A stretch of DNA of 60,281 nucleotides, counting the filler, from Dimargaris cristalligena (Eukaryota), in the NCBI GenBank assembly GCA_003614675.1. It is 5 parts of 5 records of this genome, joined end to end, with 100 filler letters (N's around TTAATTAATTAA, not from the genome) between each part and the next. Parts side by side here need not be neighbours in the genome. Positions count along the whole stretch, not along the records: positions 12,084 to 24,063 come from ML003068.1; positions 24,164 to 36,142 come from ML003069.1; 3 more parts are not named here. The stretch is one strand, 5' to 3'. The notes beneath the pieces are model-generated. The model was not told where the DNA came from and made no database searches. It was given only the letters and a program-made list of their open reading frames with translations. Each line of letters starts with the position of its first letter. Position 1 is the stretch's first letter. A program made the position numbers and the translations under genes. Shown piece after piece: positions 12,084 to 24,397 of this stretch.

Positions 12084-15000
12084 CAGTCGAACCCACGTTA
12101 AATAAGCGAAAAAGTGGGGAAGGGAAGGAGGGGGGGTTTTGGGTGGTTGGTCTGGGGGTTTCCCGTAAAAAGGAGGAAAAATGGGGGGGGGGGGGGAACC
12201 CCAGCTTTTGATATTTAAGAACTACTTCCACCCCCCCTAAACTACAACCCCCCCCCCCCCCCGCTTCTCCACTCTACAACCCCCCAGGCTCTCTGGTGTA
12301 CTTGGGCCAATTAGGGAATTGCGATTATATTTTACAGGTATTACTTTCAACTCTCTTTTTTGGTGCACTAGGTGTGCCTCCCATTTGATTCCACCCAAGG
12401 AGTGAAGAAAGGGAACCTGATGATGGTTTGAGATTACGCCTGTGGGGCGGAAAGGATAGCCAGCGGTAGCGTATGTAGCATTAGTCTGTGCAACCTCACG
12501 CTGTATACTGTACTGGGCGAATAGCAGCAGTTGCGAGGCCTATACAGCAACCGCTGTTATGGTTGAGTGGCCAGGCTATTTCGAGAAAAAAATTAAAAGG
12601 AGGGGGAAAACCTGCATAAAATGTGACGGAGGCATGGCCTCGTCGTCCAAATTTTGAAACACGCGCCAGTAGATCGTTTCAGCAAGTTGATCGATTGACT
12701 CGGCAGTATTCATAACATCTGGGTTCATAGATTTATCGAAATATAAGGATACACTTACCATACCAGTATAGGTCTATTAAATGTAGATTTATACAGCCGT
12801 CGTTTAAGGTACACTAAACTGACAAGGTACTCGGGTGATTTGGTGAACAGGTGGTAAATCCATGAAGATAAGGCACAAACGAATGGCGCGCTGCATGGCC
12901 ATCAGGGGGAGGGGGATGTACCAAAGGTATAGGTGAAATGAAAATAAAAGCACCCCGCCTTTCTACCTCCCCATATTTGGCCGTATCTAGCCACCCCCGC
13001 CACCATTAGTTGCACATCGGCTGACTGGTGTGTGCGACCGGTTGGTATATACGGGTGGTGGAAGTTGTAACCTTGAGCAGGCTACAATGCTACTCTACCG
13101 ATTAGCCCATTGGATAACTCCTGGAACAATTCCCGTTTCAGTCCGACGAGTCGTATCGATGATGTCTCTTCATGGGGCGGCGGAAACGAATACCTAGCGA
13201 ACGCTGCAGTTAAAATTTTTAAAAAGGGGGGAGTTTCCAAAATGAAACTCAGTTCAAAGGAAAAAAGTATTACCGTTGTATGGTAAGGGCTATTGTTAAT
13301 TTGAAGGTATATTCATGTACCTATTTTTACCAACACTCTCCTTTTCGGACAGCCAAGCCCTTCTCATACAACAGGACTTGGAAACATGATCATTAGAACT
13401 GGCAATCTGATTTGGGATAGATCATTGTCCTACTTTTGCGGAGCTAAATGATCGTAGCATATGCCAATCCTAAGATGGACGCCTTTTACAATGTATAGCA
13501 AGATAGTGGATTATGGAGGACATTAAAGTGGATGTAAAACAAGGGATTGCCTAGCGAAGTAGTCCATCAAGGAACATTCCGGTGACGGGAACGGCTAGCG
13601 CATCAGACCCGTACGTGTGGAAAAAATGAACATTCTTTGATGCTGACGCGCCAAATAAACCGTCACCGTATTCCTATTATAGCCAGTCGCCCCTGACTAA
13701 TCGGTAACGGCTATCAGTAACGGCGCCAACGCGGAGTCCCCTGAGCCCACACACACACTATCTCTCTCTCTCTCTCTTTCTCGCCTGATACACATCACTA
13801 ACGACCAGTGCTAGGCTGATTTGAATACGACCTGTTGGAATCCTTGGGCTTAGAACGCTATACATCTTGAGCGGCCTTGCCAGCTAATCAAACGAAACTG
13901 CAACCCCTCTGTATACCCCACACAGCCATGTCGGATAATTAGGTTCGGGGGAGGCATAAGCAGTTCACATGGAATGCAATGAATGTGCATTAGCGATTAT
14001 ACTGTGTCCTGCGCCGAGATGAGATGAGATGGGTGAGTAGTGATGTACGATGTGCCTAACCAGTGCCACCCACGTCAGCTGAGAGCCGCATATTAATGAT
14101 AACGCCCAGTCACTGTAGCGGTGTGGGACCATGCAAGTCGCAGGTGCCGTACATGAAGGAGCAAGGCAAGGACGGCAGCCTCCTCTCTCTATACTCACTG
14201 AAGGGGCTCATTATATCAAGCATGAACCTGTGCGTCTAAATACGACACCGCCGGATGGTCCGAGTCCCTGTTCCTAGTCTATCTTGTCTTCTACAACCGC
14301 CTGGGGCCCCTGGGCAAAATAGGAAGAGGGGAGGAGAATGGTAGTGGAGCCGACGATGGCCCTATATTTATAGAGGCTGCTTTAGACTAGGTCCACGGTA
14401 TTAGTCCCCCAGCTAAAAATAATAACCAAGGGTGGTAGTGTGGTGTGCCTCGGCGGATTGGCCTTGGGTCGATGATACTTGACAGTGACGGGGGCTGTAT
14501 AGGCCACCAAGGATCGCCAGCTGGGCTGACCAACGGCGTGCGGCGAATAACCAAGTCAGGGTCAGGTTGTCGAGTGATTAGGCAGGGAAAAATCCATCCC
14601 AAGCAATGAGGGAGGACGATTCCCGAGTTGGGGCCTATTGTCATCTGTACAGTAGTGATAGGTGTATAGTAAGTATTAGGGAGTAGTAGTGCCATACTAA
14701 GTATATTGAAGAGGAAGTCGTTTCTTTCCTTGGGGCTTTAGCAGCTACTATAGCCAGGTTGGAAAGGATTAGGATACAATGGTAGTAGTGTATTGTTGCC
14801 ATGGTTTCCCCTCTTTAGCCTCGTCGTTTCCTATTCTTTTACTTAGCCTATTTTTTATTTTAAATACTGGCTTTGGCCGTTTTACAGCTGGCCTTTGGAA
14901 TATACTTCCTTTTTCCCTGCACACCTTTTGTGCGGCCCCCTCGTACTCTTCCTCTAAGCAGCTAAAGCTCTCTTCGCCTTGGCAGTGGTCCCGAGCCTTG

Positions 15001-15432
15001 TTTACATATTCCCAGAAGTTGTGCTTGTACCACTGTTTCCTCCATCTATTCACTTTCGCATTCCAAACGCCTTCTCCACACGTCACTCCCGCCGCCTTTA
15101 CGACTTGCCTTTCCAGCGTCTTTTAAGGCGCTGCGCTTGGTTAAAATATCGACCCTATCCGTTTGTGTGGCATATTTCGTTTAAGCCAGTTTTTTAACCG
15201 CAAGCCTTTCTTCTCCGCCCTGTTGCGCCAAGCCTATATTATTCGACCCGCCCCTTTTACTATTTGTACCTGGTTACTTCAAACACCCCCCCTTCACTGC
15301 CTTACTACGCGCATACACACACTTGGCTCTCTCTCTCTCTCTCGTTCGCATTCTCTTTCAATATTTCTTCGCTAAGCTCCTCCTTTCCTTCATTATCTCC
15401 CTCTTCATTCAACCCCCCTTGTGTAGTGGCCC

Positions 15433-16830
15433 ATGACCGTATCCGCCACCTCCAACGAGACCCCCGCGGTCACCCACTACCAGACGCTGAATGTAGACCC
15501 CGACGCCAGTCCCGAGGAGATTAAACGGGCCTACCGGAGGCTAGCCCTTCGGTACCACCCGGACAAAAACCCCGAGGCCGAGGACATGTTTCGGGCCATC
15601 ACCGCGGCGTACGATGTCCTCAGCGACCCTTACAAACGGCAGGTCTATGACCGCTACGGTAACACGGGCGTGGAAATGCTGGGTACCATGGGCGGGGCCA
15701 TGTTCGACCCCCACCTGGCGGACATGATGTGCACCGTCTCCATTGTGCTGACCCTCACCGTGAGCTGGCTTATTATTTTCCTCAGCTTCCTCTCCGCGCG
15801 GCTGGATAACCGGGTCCAGTGGAAATTCAAGCTGGTATTCATTCCCCTGTTTTTGGTGGATGCCCTGCTGTTGGTGGCTGTGGCCTTCCAGACCCTGTCC
15901 GTGACCTGGGGCGAGGCCCCACCACTCACCGATGATGAAGAAGAGGCCCTGGCCAGTTTACCGGCCGATATTCGCCAGCAGGAGCGCGCCGCCCGGGTCC
16001 GGCGCCAGCGACGGTTCTCTTTATTCCAGGCCTCCCTGGCTCTGCTGTACGTGGTTCTGTTTGTGCTCTTCCAGGTCTTTATTGCCATTCGCCTGGACGA
16101 GGATATAATGTGGTCCACCGCCGTGGTGTTCGTACCGTGGTTTATCATGGAGTTCATGAACCTCGTTCGCCTGACCGTTGAGTTTGCCCACACCCTCGTC
16201 ATGATCAGCTCCGGTCTTTCCGACGAGTCCGTCCTGTTCCGCCTCAAACTATACTACAACGTCACCTTTGATACGTTCTGGTTCTTTGCCCTGCGGGTGG
16301 CCCAGGCCGTTCTTCTGGTCCTCCGTATCGACGAGACCATCACTTGCCACTGGGCCCTTGTGTTCATACCCGCCTACCTGGTAGGCCTGAAGTATCTCGT
16401 TGGTATCATTATGATTCGGCAGAAGGCCCGCCAAGCCTCCCACATGAATGGCCAGGGGCAACAGCTTATCATGTTCTACGTGGCCCTGTGCACCTTTATT
16501 GTGGTGGCCACCCTGGCCTATGCCTTTTTGGGGCTGCTGGTGCGGCGCCTCGAGGTCTCCGACTCCGTCCGGGTCGCCATTCTGCTGATCCCGGTCTTCA
16601 TTGTGCTCTCCTGTATGTGGTTTGGCGTGTGCTGCTGCCTCCCGTGCTTCTCCCTCGCCGTCAGCTTTGATGCCCGCAGCGGGGATACTCCCCTTTTCCC
16701 AAGAACCGTGTCCCCCAACCGCCTCCTTACGCTGCCATCCTTCCAGGACCCGTCGGACCGTGAGCGGCAGTATTCCTCGGCCCGATCCACATCATCACGC
16801 ACCCCCCTAGCCCCCCAAAATGTGTCTTAA
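15433..16830 (+). CDS. DnaJ (J-domain) protein fused to a multi-pass TMEM185/TMEM60-like membrane domain
   Basis: J-domain HYQTLNV...[18 protein letters not shown]...[15 protein letters not shown] with intact HPD. About 8 hydrophobic segments with repeated W-x(2-4)-VF-x-P motifs, then a Cys cluster [12 protein letters not shown]. Single exon. Confidence 0.88.
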   Translation: MTVSATSNETPAVTHYQTLNVDPDASPEEIKRAYRRLALRYHPDKNPEAEDMFRAITAAYDVLSDPYKRQVYDRYGNTGVEMLGTMGGAMFDPHLADMMCTVSIVLTLTVSWLIIFLSFLSARLDNRVQWKFKLVFIPLFLVDALLLVAVAFQTLSVTWGEAPPLTDDEEEALASLPADIRQQERAARVRRQRRFSLFQASLALLYVVLFVLFQVFIAIRLDEDIMWSTAVVFVPWFIMEFMNLVRLTVEFAHTLVMISSGLSDESVLFRLKLYYNVTFDTFWFFALRVAQAVLLVLRIDETITCHWALVFIPAYLVGLKYLVGIIMIRQKARQASHMNGQGQQLIMFYVALCTFIVVATLAYAFLGLLVRRLEVSDSVRVAILLIPVFIVLSCMWFGVCCCLPCFSLAVSFDARSGDTPLFPRTVSPNRLLTLPSFQDPSDRERQYSSARSTSSRTPLAPQNVS

Positions 16831-18810
16831 CTCTTTACCACCCACCCCCTCTACGGTTCCCCAGGTTATTGTACGGTAGCCCTCTAAGCTGTTTCCCCCA
16901 GGCGGGAGCCCGTGGGCCATTTAATGTCGCTGTGACTTGTTTTCCTCCCCCTTTAAGTGCCCCTCATTAGTTTATCCATCATATTATACGTTTACTCCAC
17001 CCATAATTTATTTGTTCTATTTTAATGCCTCGTTTGGTTGCTTTATCGGTACTATGTGTTCTCCGCTGTTGTTGTCCTCTAATAGTGCTATGCACCTTTG
17101 GACTGCTCTGTACGATCTCTATCATGCGTTACCTCGCATGCGGTTGCTTTCCTGTTTCATAGCCGAATTTTACCATGCTGAGTTTCCTATTATTATTTTT
17201 CTTTTTTGACTGCCCTTCGTTTCGACTTTAATCCTTTCGCATTCTTCCCCATTCGTAACAACCTCCTCATACTTCCCCCTTTCCTTTTGCCCTCCAATAA
17301 AAACCAAAATCAGGCATAATCCAGCTGATACAGGGCTTCGTCACAAACTGAACTGCACCAATCCTATATTTTCCTATTGTTTACCCTTTAGTGAGGCGAA
17401 ACACAAAAAAAAAGCAAAACATTTGCATACAAAACCCATGTTGTTATTACTATTTTCGGGTTGGGGAGGGCGGGAGCATGTCATGTTTGTTGGGCGTGAT
17501 TAGATGACCCATATGGGAGTGAACGAAACAATTGCAATGGTTCACAGTCGTTAGTAGTTTCAGTGGAGCTTTCTGATGTAGGTGTAAGAAAGCTGGCCCA
17601 CCTCCAGCTACAACGGTTTCTGTAAAAGATCCGTGCGTCCATTTACTCTTCCTAATAGATCCTATTTGGGAGGAGTACCTCTGTGTCTTCCCGTTGAATA
17701 TAATAGTTTTGGCATCACAATCGACAATTTACCAGGCTTATTCGTAGTGCTAATGATGAGTGATTTAAAGATAGAAAAGAGTTAAATGACAGTACTATAC
17801 CTCTATTTTTCTTACACGTCCAGAGTACACTAGCCCATGAAACTATTTCATACGGGCAAGGTAACTACAACATCTCTTATTGAGTAATGGAATGTTAGAA
17901 TGCACCCACAGTCTTTGCTGTCCGCTTGACTAGCCTACCTCTAATAGTCATATGTCCAATTACTCGAATGGTTTAGTTGCTTTTCAGTATTTACTTGCGA
18001 TTATAGAATCAGCAAATTGACCTGATCCACCAAGTTTCCGAATGGAGTAGTGTATATAGTCGCTTCAACATGGTTCTTCGAAGGATTGGATAGTACGATT
18101 TATATATTCATCAACGACACCAAGGCCATTTTATTCGGGTTCCATTCGACTTAAGTTTCTTCCGATGCAATAATGCTACCATATCAATCTAACGTATGCT
18201 TCAGACTGGTCTGTGGCAATAATGGAGAACCAATATCAGGTCTATAGGGTTTGTCGCGGCCCATTATTATACATTCTGGGGTATGCTTCTTTGACCCATT
18301 AACCAGCCCGCCTAATAAAACCATATTGTGAGTGCCAGTATCTTCGCTGATTTAGACTGCAATTCAGTGAAAGTGGTAAAAGACCTATATCCTTTCTGCC
18401 CACTGATAAAAAGGCCCTCGCCATACCGGTAGTGGCTACGTAAAGGTCCAAATTCTGCACGTCTAGTGAATGCCGGTATACAATGGTGGGAAAGTTAGTT
18501 TTCTGGTCATTTTAAGTATAGGGAGAATAGTGGAAGTCTCCCCCCAGTCTTGGAATATCCCCCCTTCTCTGGTCCATTCGCCTACCTTGGCATTTCAATT
18601 GTTCAAGGTTCAGTGGCCCTTTATTGGACTTGTTTTTGCGGTACGTGCACTTTCCCTACTCTTCTCATTTGTTATTCCTATATCTACATTTTGTCCCATT
18701 CACCGTTGTTTGGCCCCGAGGCAACCTTATACTCCCCCAGCTCCTTGTTATTATCCAAACCCCGACGCATTAAAACCCACGCTCGTTTCGCTCACCCGGG
18801 TCCAAAGTAT

Positions 18811-21305
18811 ATGGACGTTAATTGCCAACGCAAGCGCCAAAAGATGGACGACGTATCGAGCCCCTTGCAAGTCGATTTGGCCAGTCTGTCGGAGCGACTA
18901 GCGGGATACCAAGGTACTGTGGCCTCATGGACTAGACCATTGTTTATCCTAATAACCATTATGCTTAACCCACCGGTATGGGGCTACCCAATACTTATCG
19001 GTCCGTCACTTGCCACTGTGTTGGTCTTCATACGACCGCTGGGTGGTTTAGCCTTTAGTATTTGTAATAGTTTACCCCTGGTAGCTGTAGCCATTGAACT
19101 CAACCCAGCCTGATTTTATCCCATGTTGACCCATTTATACTGCGTTTAGGATACGCCAAGGTTGCCCGTCTCCAATTCATCGCTAACCACACCCCTGCCT
19201 TGTCGGAATGGGTGTACCTCCAACTCCTGGAGGTGCTACGCACGGAAACACTGGATACCGAGCGGTATCGCCAAACTCACCAGCTGCTCGCGGAGCCGAC
19301 CCCCCTGGGTAACCACCCACCGTCGGGGGGCGACCACGGTTCCTACCAAACACCCCCACCGCTCGACGAGGCCTGGATCCGGACTACTGAGCAGTCTAAC
19401 CGAACGGCCATAGACCGCTTAGAGGCTGAGTTGGGGGACCATAGGCATGAAATGAACCGGGCCGGTATCTACGCGAGCTCCTGGGCCCTGGCGGACCAAC
19501 TGTATCGCATGGGAAAAGCCAGGGGCGCTCTCAAGCTTTATCTCCGTACACGGGATTTTTGTAGTAGTATCCCGGAGTCGATTAAGCTCCAGTTGCGTAT
19601 CATTGATGTAAGTAGTGTAGGGCCAAATGGACTGGGACCAACCGTATCTAGAAAATTGAACGGTCCATTCGGATACTGACCACGTCTACATTGTCAAGAC
19701 ACCGCTTTTGACTCTAAATCGGGGGGTTATTTCCTCCATTATTTTGGACCTCATCCACGAAGTGGCCTGGCTCTATACCTCGAAGACTATGAAGTAACCG
19801 AAGCCCCCGATCAAACTACCCCCAATTTAATCACTGACATCGTGCCCCTGTTTTGTTTCTTGTTTTTTTAGTTGGCCGTTCTTTTACAAGAATGGGGTAT
19901 TGCGGGTGCCCAGATGAGCAAACTAAGGAGCATAACCCAAGGCTCATTCCCGGTTGAAAGCGATGAAGACCACTTTCAGGCAGTGGCGGGAATTGGCCAC
20001 CTTCGTACGCGGAACTACCTGGAAGCTGCCCAGCACTTTAGTCGCATGCAAACTGACCCTGACCAGTTTGTGAGCCAGGTAACCCGATTCGGCATATAGT
20101 ATCATTTTATAGAAACCATTTCCCGGCCGCAAGGCTTATCTATAGTCTACAAATCCGGTTTGCTGGATTGGTCCTGCATCTAACTCTATTTTTATAATAG
20201 TATCCACCCCGATTTTTTTTAACCTTATCTATGGATGACTTACCATCGGAAATATAATTTGGTCACTAGGTCATTTCCCCGCTTGATATCGCCACTTACA
20301 CCACGATGTGCGCCTTGGCGACTTACAACCGGGACGAGCTCAAGGGGTTAATCTACAATAGTCCTCGATTTAAACACTACCTGGAACTCGATCCTGCCCT
20401 CCCGCAAATCCTGGAGGCCTTTTATTCGTGCCAGTTCCGGGAGGGTTTTGAGCTGCTCAAGACCCAGAAAGTACGTTAATGGAGTCCAACGCGACACCCA
20501 TCCAAGCCCCACTCAACATTTCGTTTTCCTTTTATGGATAATGTACCTGGCCATCACTTCCATTTTCTTTTGAAATCCATCGGTTGGCAAGTTTCATTAT
20601 AGTGTTTGGCTGTGTTGCGATAGAACATTTTCAATCCTGATACTGCTTGTTTTTATTTATGGAATGCAGCTTAACCTTATCCCGTGTTATTACCCTTATC
20701 ACTACCAAATCCTATTTAGGCCCTGCTTCAATTGGATATGTTCATGTCAGGCCTCTTAGACTCAGTGGAGACCATTCTGCGCAAAGCGATGCTCCACCGG
20801 TATATCAAACCCCTAAATACTATAAGTATCCCGACCATGGCCACCGCTTTCGGAGTGACGCCCGCCTTTATGGAGTCTACTCTCTTTCGCTTAATTACCC
20901 AGGACAATATGGATGCCGAAATCGACGGAGTCCAACAGGTAATGCAGGCCGATTTATTTTTGCCGGTGCCTATGGAAGTCATTGCCAAGCTTTCTTTTCG
21001 ACTACGTGCGCGTAGGCCTGTGTTACGATTGCAAAAAAAAAAAGAACTCCATGCCCAAGCATTAACTCTTACATTGGTAGCTCTGTATTGATATCGCTCC
21101 TCCCGTTATTCCCTGGTTATTTAAATATATTCTAATGTATTAGGTGGTTCGTTTCAAAACTCGAGATGCAATTGGCAAGTCTATCGAACGAGCACATAAT
21201 TTGGTTCAGGAAGCCGAAGAAACCCTACGTTTGCTCAACGCTCGAAGGGAATTCATTAATGCCGGTCTAGTGGTTTCCAAACCGACACGATCCCATCGCC
21301 GTTGA
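18811..21305 (+). CDS. CSN1: COP9 signalosome subunit 1 (CSN1/GPS1), 6 exons
   Basis: Exons 18811-18913, 19150-19607, 19872-20078, 20270-20470, 20720-20938, 21144-21305; all GT-AG and in frame. CSN1 motifs YQGYAKVARLQFIANH, YLRTRDFC, DIATYTTMCALATYNRDEL...FKHYLELDP, and PCI winged helix MATAFG...LITQDNMDAEID. Confidence 0.88.
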
Positions 21306-22705
21306 TATAGCTCGCACTTAAAACACCCCCCTGTGATCAATTGTGATTGTCCGATTGATATTCTACTGGTAAATTATACCCTATGTTGTTTCGGTCAGTA
21401 TTAAAAAGCCCTTATTTACTACAGCCCTAGTGCTATCTGGCGTCCATCTACTACCATACTTTCGGAATAACAGCCACACAAGGCATTTTATCTATAGGTT
21501 GGCTATTTAGGAATTACGATGCCATTTGAAAAGAGGCTTGGGAATAATAACAATTATATAATTGGGAAAGCCCCAATTAAACTGTAAACGACGGGATCGA
21601 TATGGATGGCCAGCTCGTTGTAGCAACGAGATTCTCAGAGGATAGAAGGGATGTCTAGCCCATATATTTTTACATTGCTTGGTATAGATTGCAGGGGAAA
21701 CTGTCATGTCTAGCAGCAAGGGTGTCCAAGCAGGACTGGAAACCATGCCTGATATCTAATTGAGTACCAATGGCATAGGACGATCGTATTAAACCTCACA
21801 GTTGTACCACCCTCCTGATACACGTATAGGGACCATTATCATTTTCATTGAGGTTCAACAAGTGAGAAATAGTAAATAGTAAATTGCAAATGCTATATTG
21901 TAAATGGAGGCGGATTATTAGTGAATTATAAATAGCGAATAATAAAATGTACATAGTGGTGTTATGGCAAGCTGCTCCATTTCCTTCCCCTCCATGTTTG
22001 GTCATATATTTATGTTGGTTGCATTACTATTACTTACATTTATTTTACCTGCCTCTCCTTTAGCATCTGTATCTGAATAATAGCTCATTAGCTTTACCAA
22101 GTTCATCATCTCCCATATCCTGTATTCACAGCCAGTTAACATCTTAATTCTTCCTTTTCCTTTAGACCAATTATAAACAAATGAACTCCAACACAGCTTT
22201 ATAGAAGGTAAAATGAATTATAACCGGGAAAACAGTACTCAGTCAGCTAACCTATCTCCTCAAATATATGATATGTGTTACGTAGCCAGATTGTATTCCT
22301 CGCATATCAATCATTGAAAAGGGCACTTGTTAAAAATACCAAACCAAACTTCTTATTGTAAACACCAGTAAATATATTTAGGGACATTGTCATGGATAGA
22401 TTAAGGCGTCTCAGTGGTTGCAAAAAAAAAATTTCTGATCCGCCGCAAAATATTGGGCTTACGGGGTCTCGGCTCGGGAACACTTCATCCAGGATTGGTT
22501 CAGTTGCTTTACGGTTCTGATTATTCGCCACTACCCCCAAAAACGACTTGGCCGCATGATGAGCAACAAGTTCGTCATGTTTCTGGAGATCTTGGCTAAG
22601 CCTATAGTCAGTAGGCTTCGAACCAAGGTCATTGTCCGCCTTGGCGCGGGATAAGTCTGCACTCTGGACCCAGGCAGACGAGACATATTGAAATGGAGTT
22701 CCTTT

Positions 22706-23567
22706 CTACGTTATTGAAATGGTGACACTAGCTTTCATATATAGAGGCCAAATATAGTCCTTGGGTTCAGTGGTTTTGGGCCAAAAGCAATTGAACTCTT
22801 TCCCATGGTGGCCAAGTTCTAGTGACTGACATCTCTTAAGTAGGTGCTCCCGGTCAATAACCAAAAAGGTAGCCAAATCCGGGGGAATATTCTTGGCATT
22901 GAAAATTTTCCGGATCTGATCTAATGCAGTACAGGTTTGATTGAACGTAGGCATATATGAGAATTTGCCTAGCCTGGTCACGTATATTGTCGGCTCTAAT
23001 CAGTATGTGATTCTGATCACCCTCGAAAGCTTGGATAAGGGGGCCAACTACACCTTTAAAATACCCGTAGACCTCCTCGTAGCACCCGTGATTGTAGAGG
23101 TACCATAATCCGATTTGTATAGACCGTTCAACTACCGCTGGTAGTATTTTCCAAAGTTTTGGAATATAAATAGTGGTCCCATTGGGTTCCAGTCCAGGCA
23201 TGTGGGTCATGTAAGTACTAGTACGTTTGATAACCAAACCCTCATGCAGATAAAGTTTCCACAGAGATAAAAGCCAATCTTTGTTGAGACTGGTGGCCAG
23301 CGGGAATTCGGTTTGAAGTTCCTCATCATTAAGTTTTGATAGGCCAATTGCCATCCGATGGTTTTTGGTCAATAAATCGTGATTTGCTACTAAAAATTGA
23401 CCGTAAACTTGGGCAAACCTCAATCTATCAGCGGATAATTGGTGGGGATCATCTTTAAAGAATTTAATACATACATCGAAAGAATACGAATGTTGAAACC
23501 AGATTCTATTTAGATATGCATTCTGTACTGCCATAGGTTTAGACAAACTTCCCTTCCCATGAGACAA
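22706..23567 (-). pseudogene. Probable frameshifted orphan gene (two overlapping protein-like ORFs)
   Basis: 237-aa ORF (22854..23567) overlaps a 91-aa ORF (22706..22981) in another frame. Protein-like text switches frame near 22930 (AYVQSNLY to TALDQIRKIFNAK). No recognisable family. Confidence 0.4.
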
Positions 23568-24063
23568 CCTAGGCGTATTCCCTCACCACATAATGGCTGC
23601 ACATTCAATATCCACAGTTACACTCTTTGAGCAAGCACTTGGAAGACCTCCATTTTGCTGATCCGTGTTTGGGCCTAATCACTTCCACTTCCAACCGACC
23701 CACTAACTACTTCTATTTTTGTCAGCTACATGATTCCAGACGAGTCAGTGGGAATGGCCTTCACATTAGAATAAGGGAGCAATGTCCAAGTTTTCCTTAT
23801 TTACATCTTATTTCTATGAATGCCCCAGAGGATCCGAGGCATTCTTGTTTTTCCATTTTCCATTTTCCCTCTTCCATTTTTCCTTTCTCTTCTTGTACAT
23901 TGTTTAAACTTAAGGACCCAACCAGTTTTTTCCCTTCATAGTTTTATGGTTGTCAGTTCATTTGAGGATAACGTCCAAAAGGTCATAGTATAGTCTTAAG
24001 GCTGTAATATCAAATTTTCTTATTTATAGTCTCCCAGCCAGCCCTTAAAATGGCAAGTTATCT

Positions 24064-24163
24064 NNNNNNNNNNNNNNNNNNNNNNNNNNNNNNNNNNNNN
24101 NNNNNNNTTAATTAATTAANNNNNNNNNNNNNNNNNNNNNNNNNNNNNNNNNNNNNNNNNNNN
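24064..24163. other. Assembly gap with TTAATTAATTAA spacer
   Basis: N-run with spacer at 24108-24119. Confidence 0.97.
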
Positions 24164-24397
24164 TGGGTGGAATTCAGTGCAGATGTATAAGGTTTTGGAT
24201 AATACGTGTATGGGAAAATATATGAGGGATCCATTATTAACCAGTGGTTTTTGCCTCATCCAACGGATTTATCGTTATACAGTCTGGTTGAACTTTTCCC
24301 ATATATATATTTAATAATTTTTTAGTCGACCTAGACATATCTATTGGAAATTGATCGGTTTAGGACTAGGAACTTTGAGACACCATCCCCCTCTCGT

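Noticed and set aside
12084-12290. G- and C-homopolymer-rich segment suggesting a G-quadruplex or telomere-like tract
   Set aside because: Lies at a contig edge, has no regular repeat unit, and is probably low-quality sequence.
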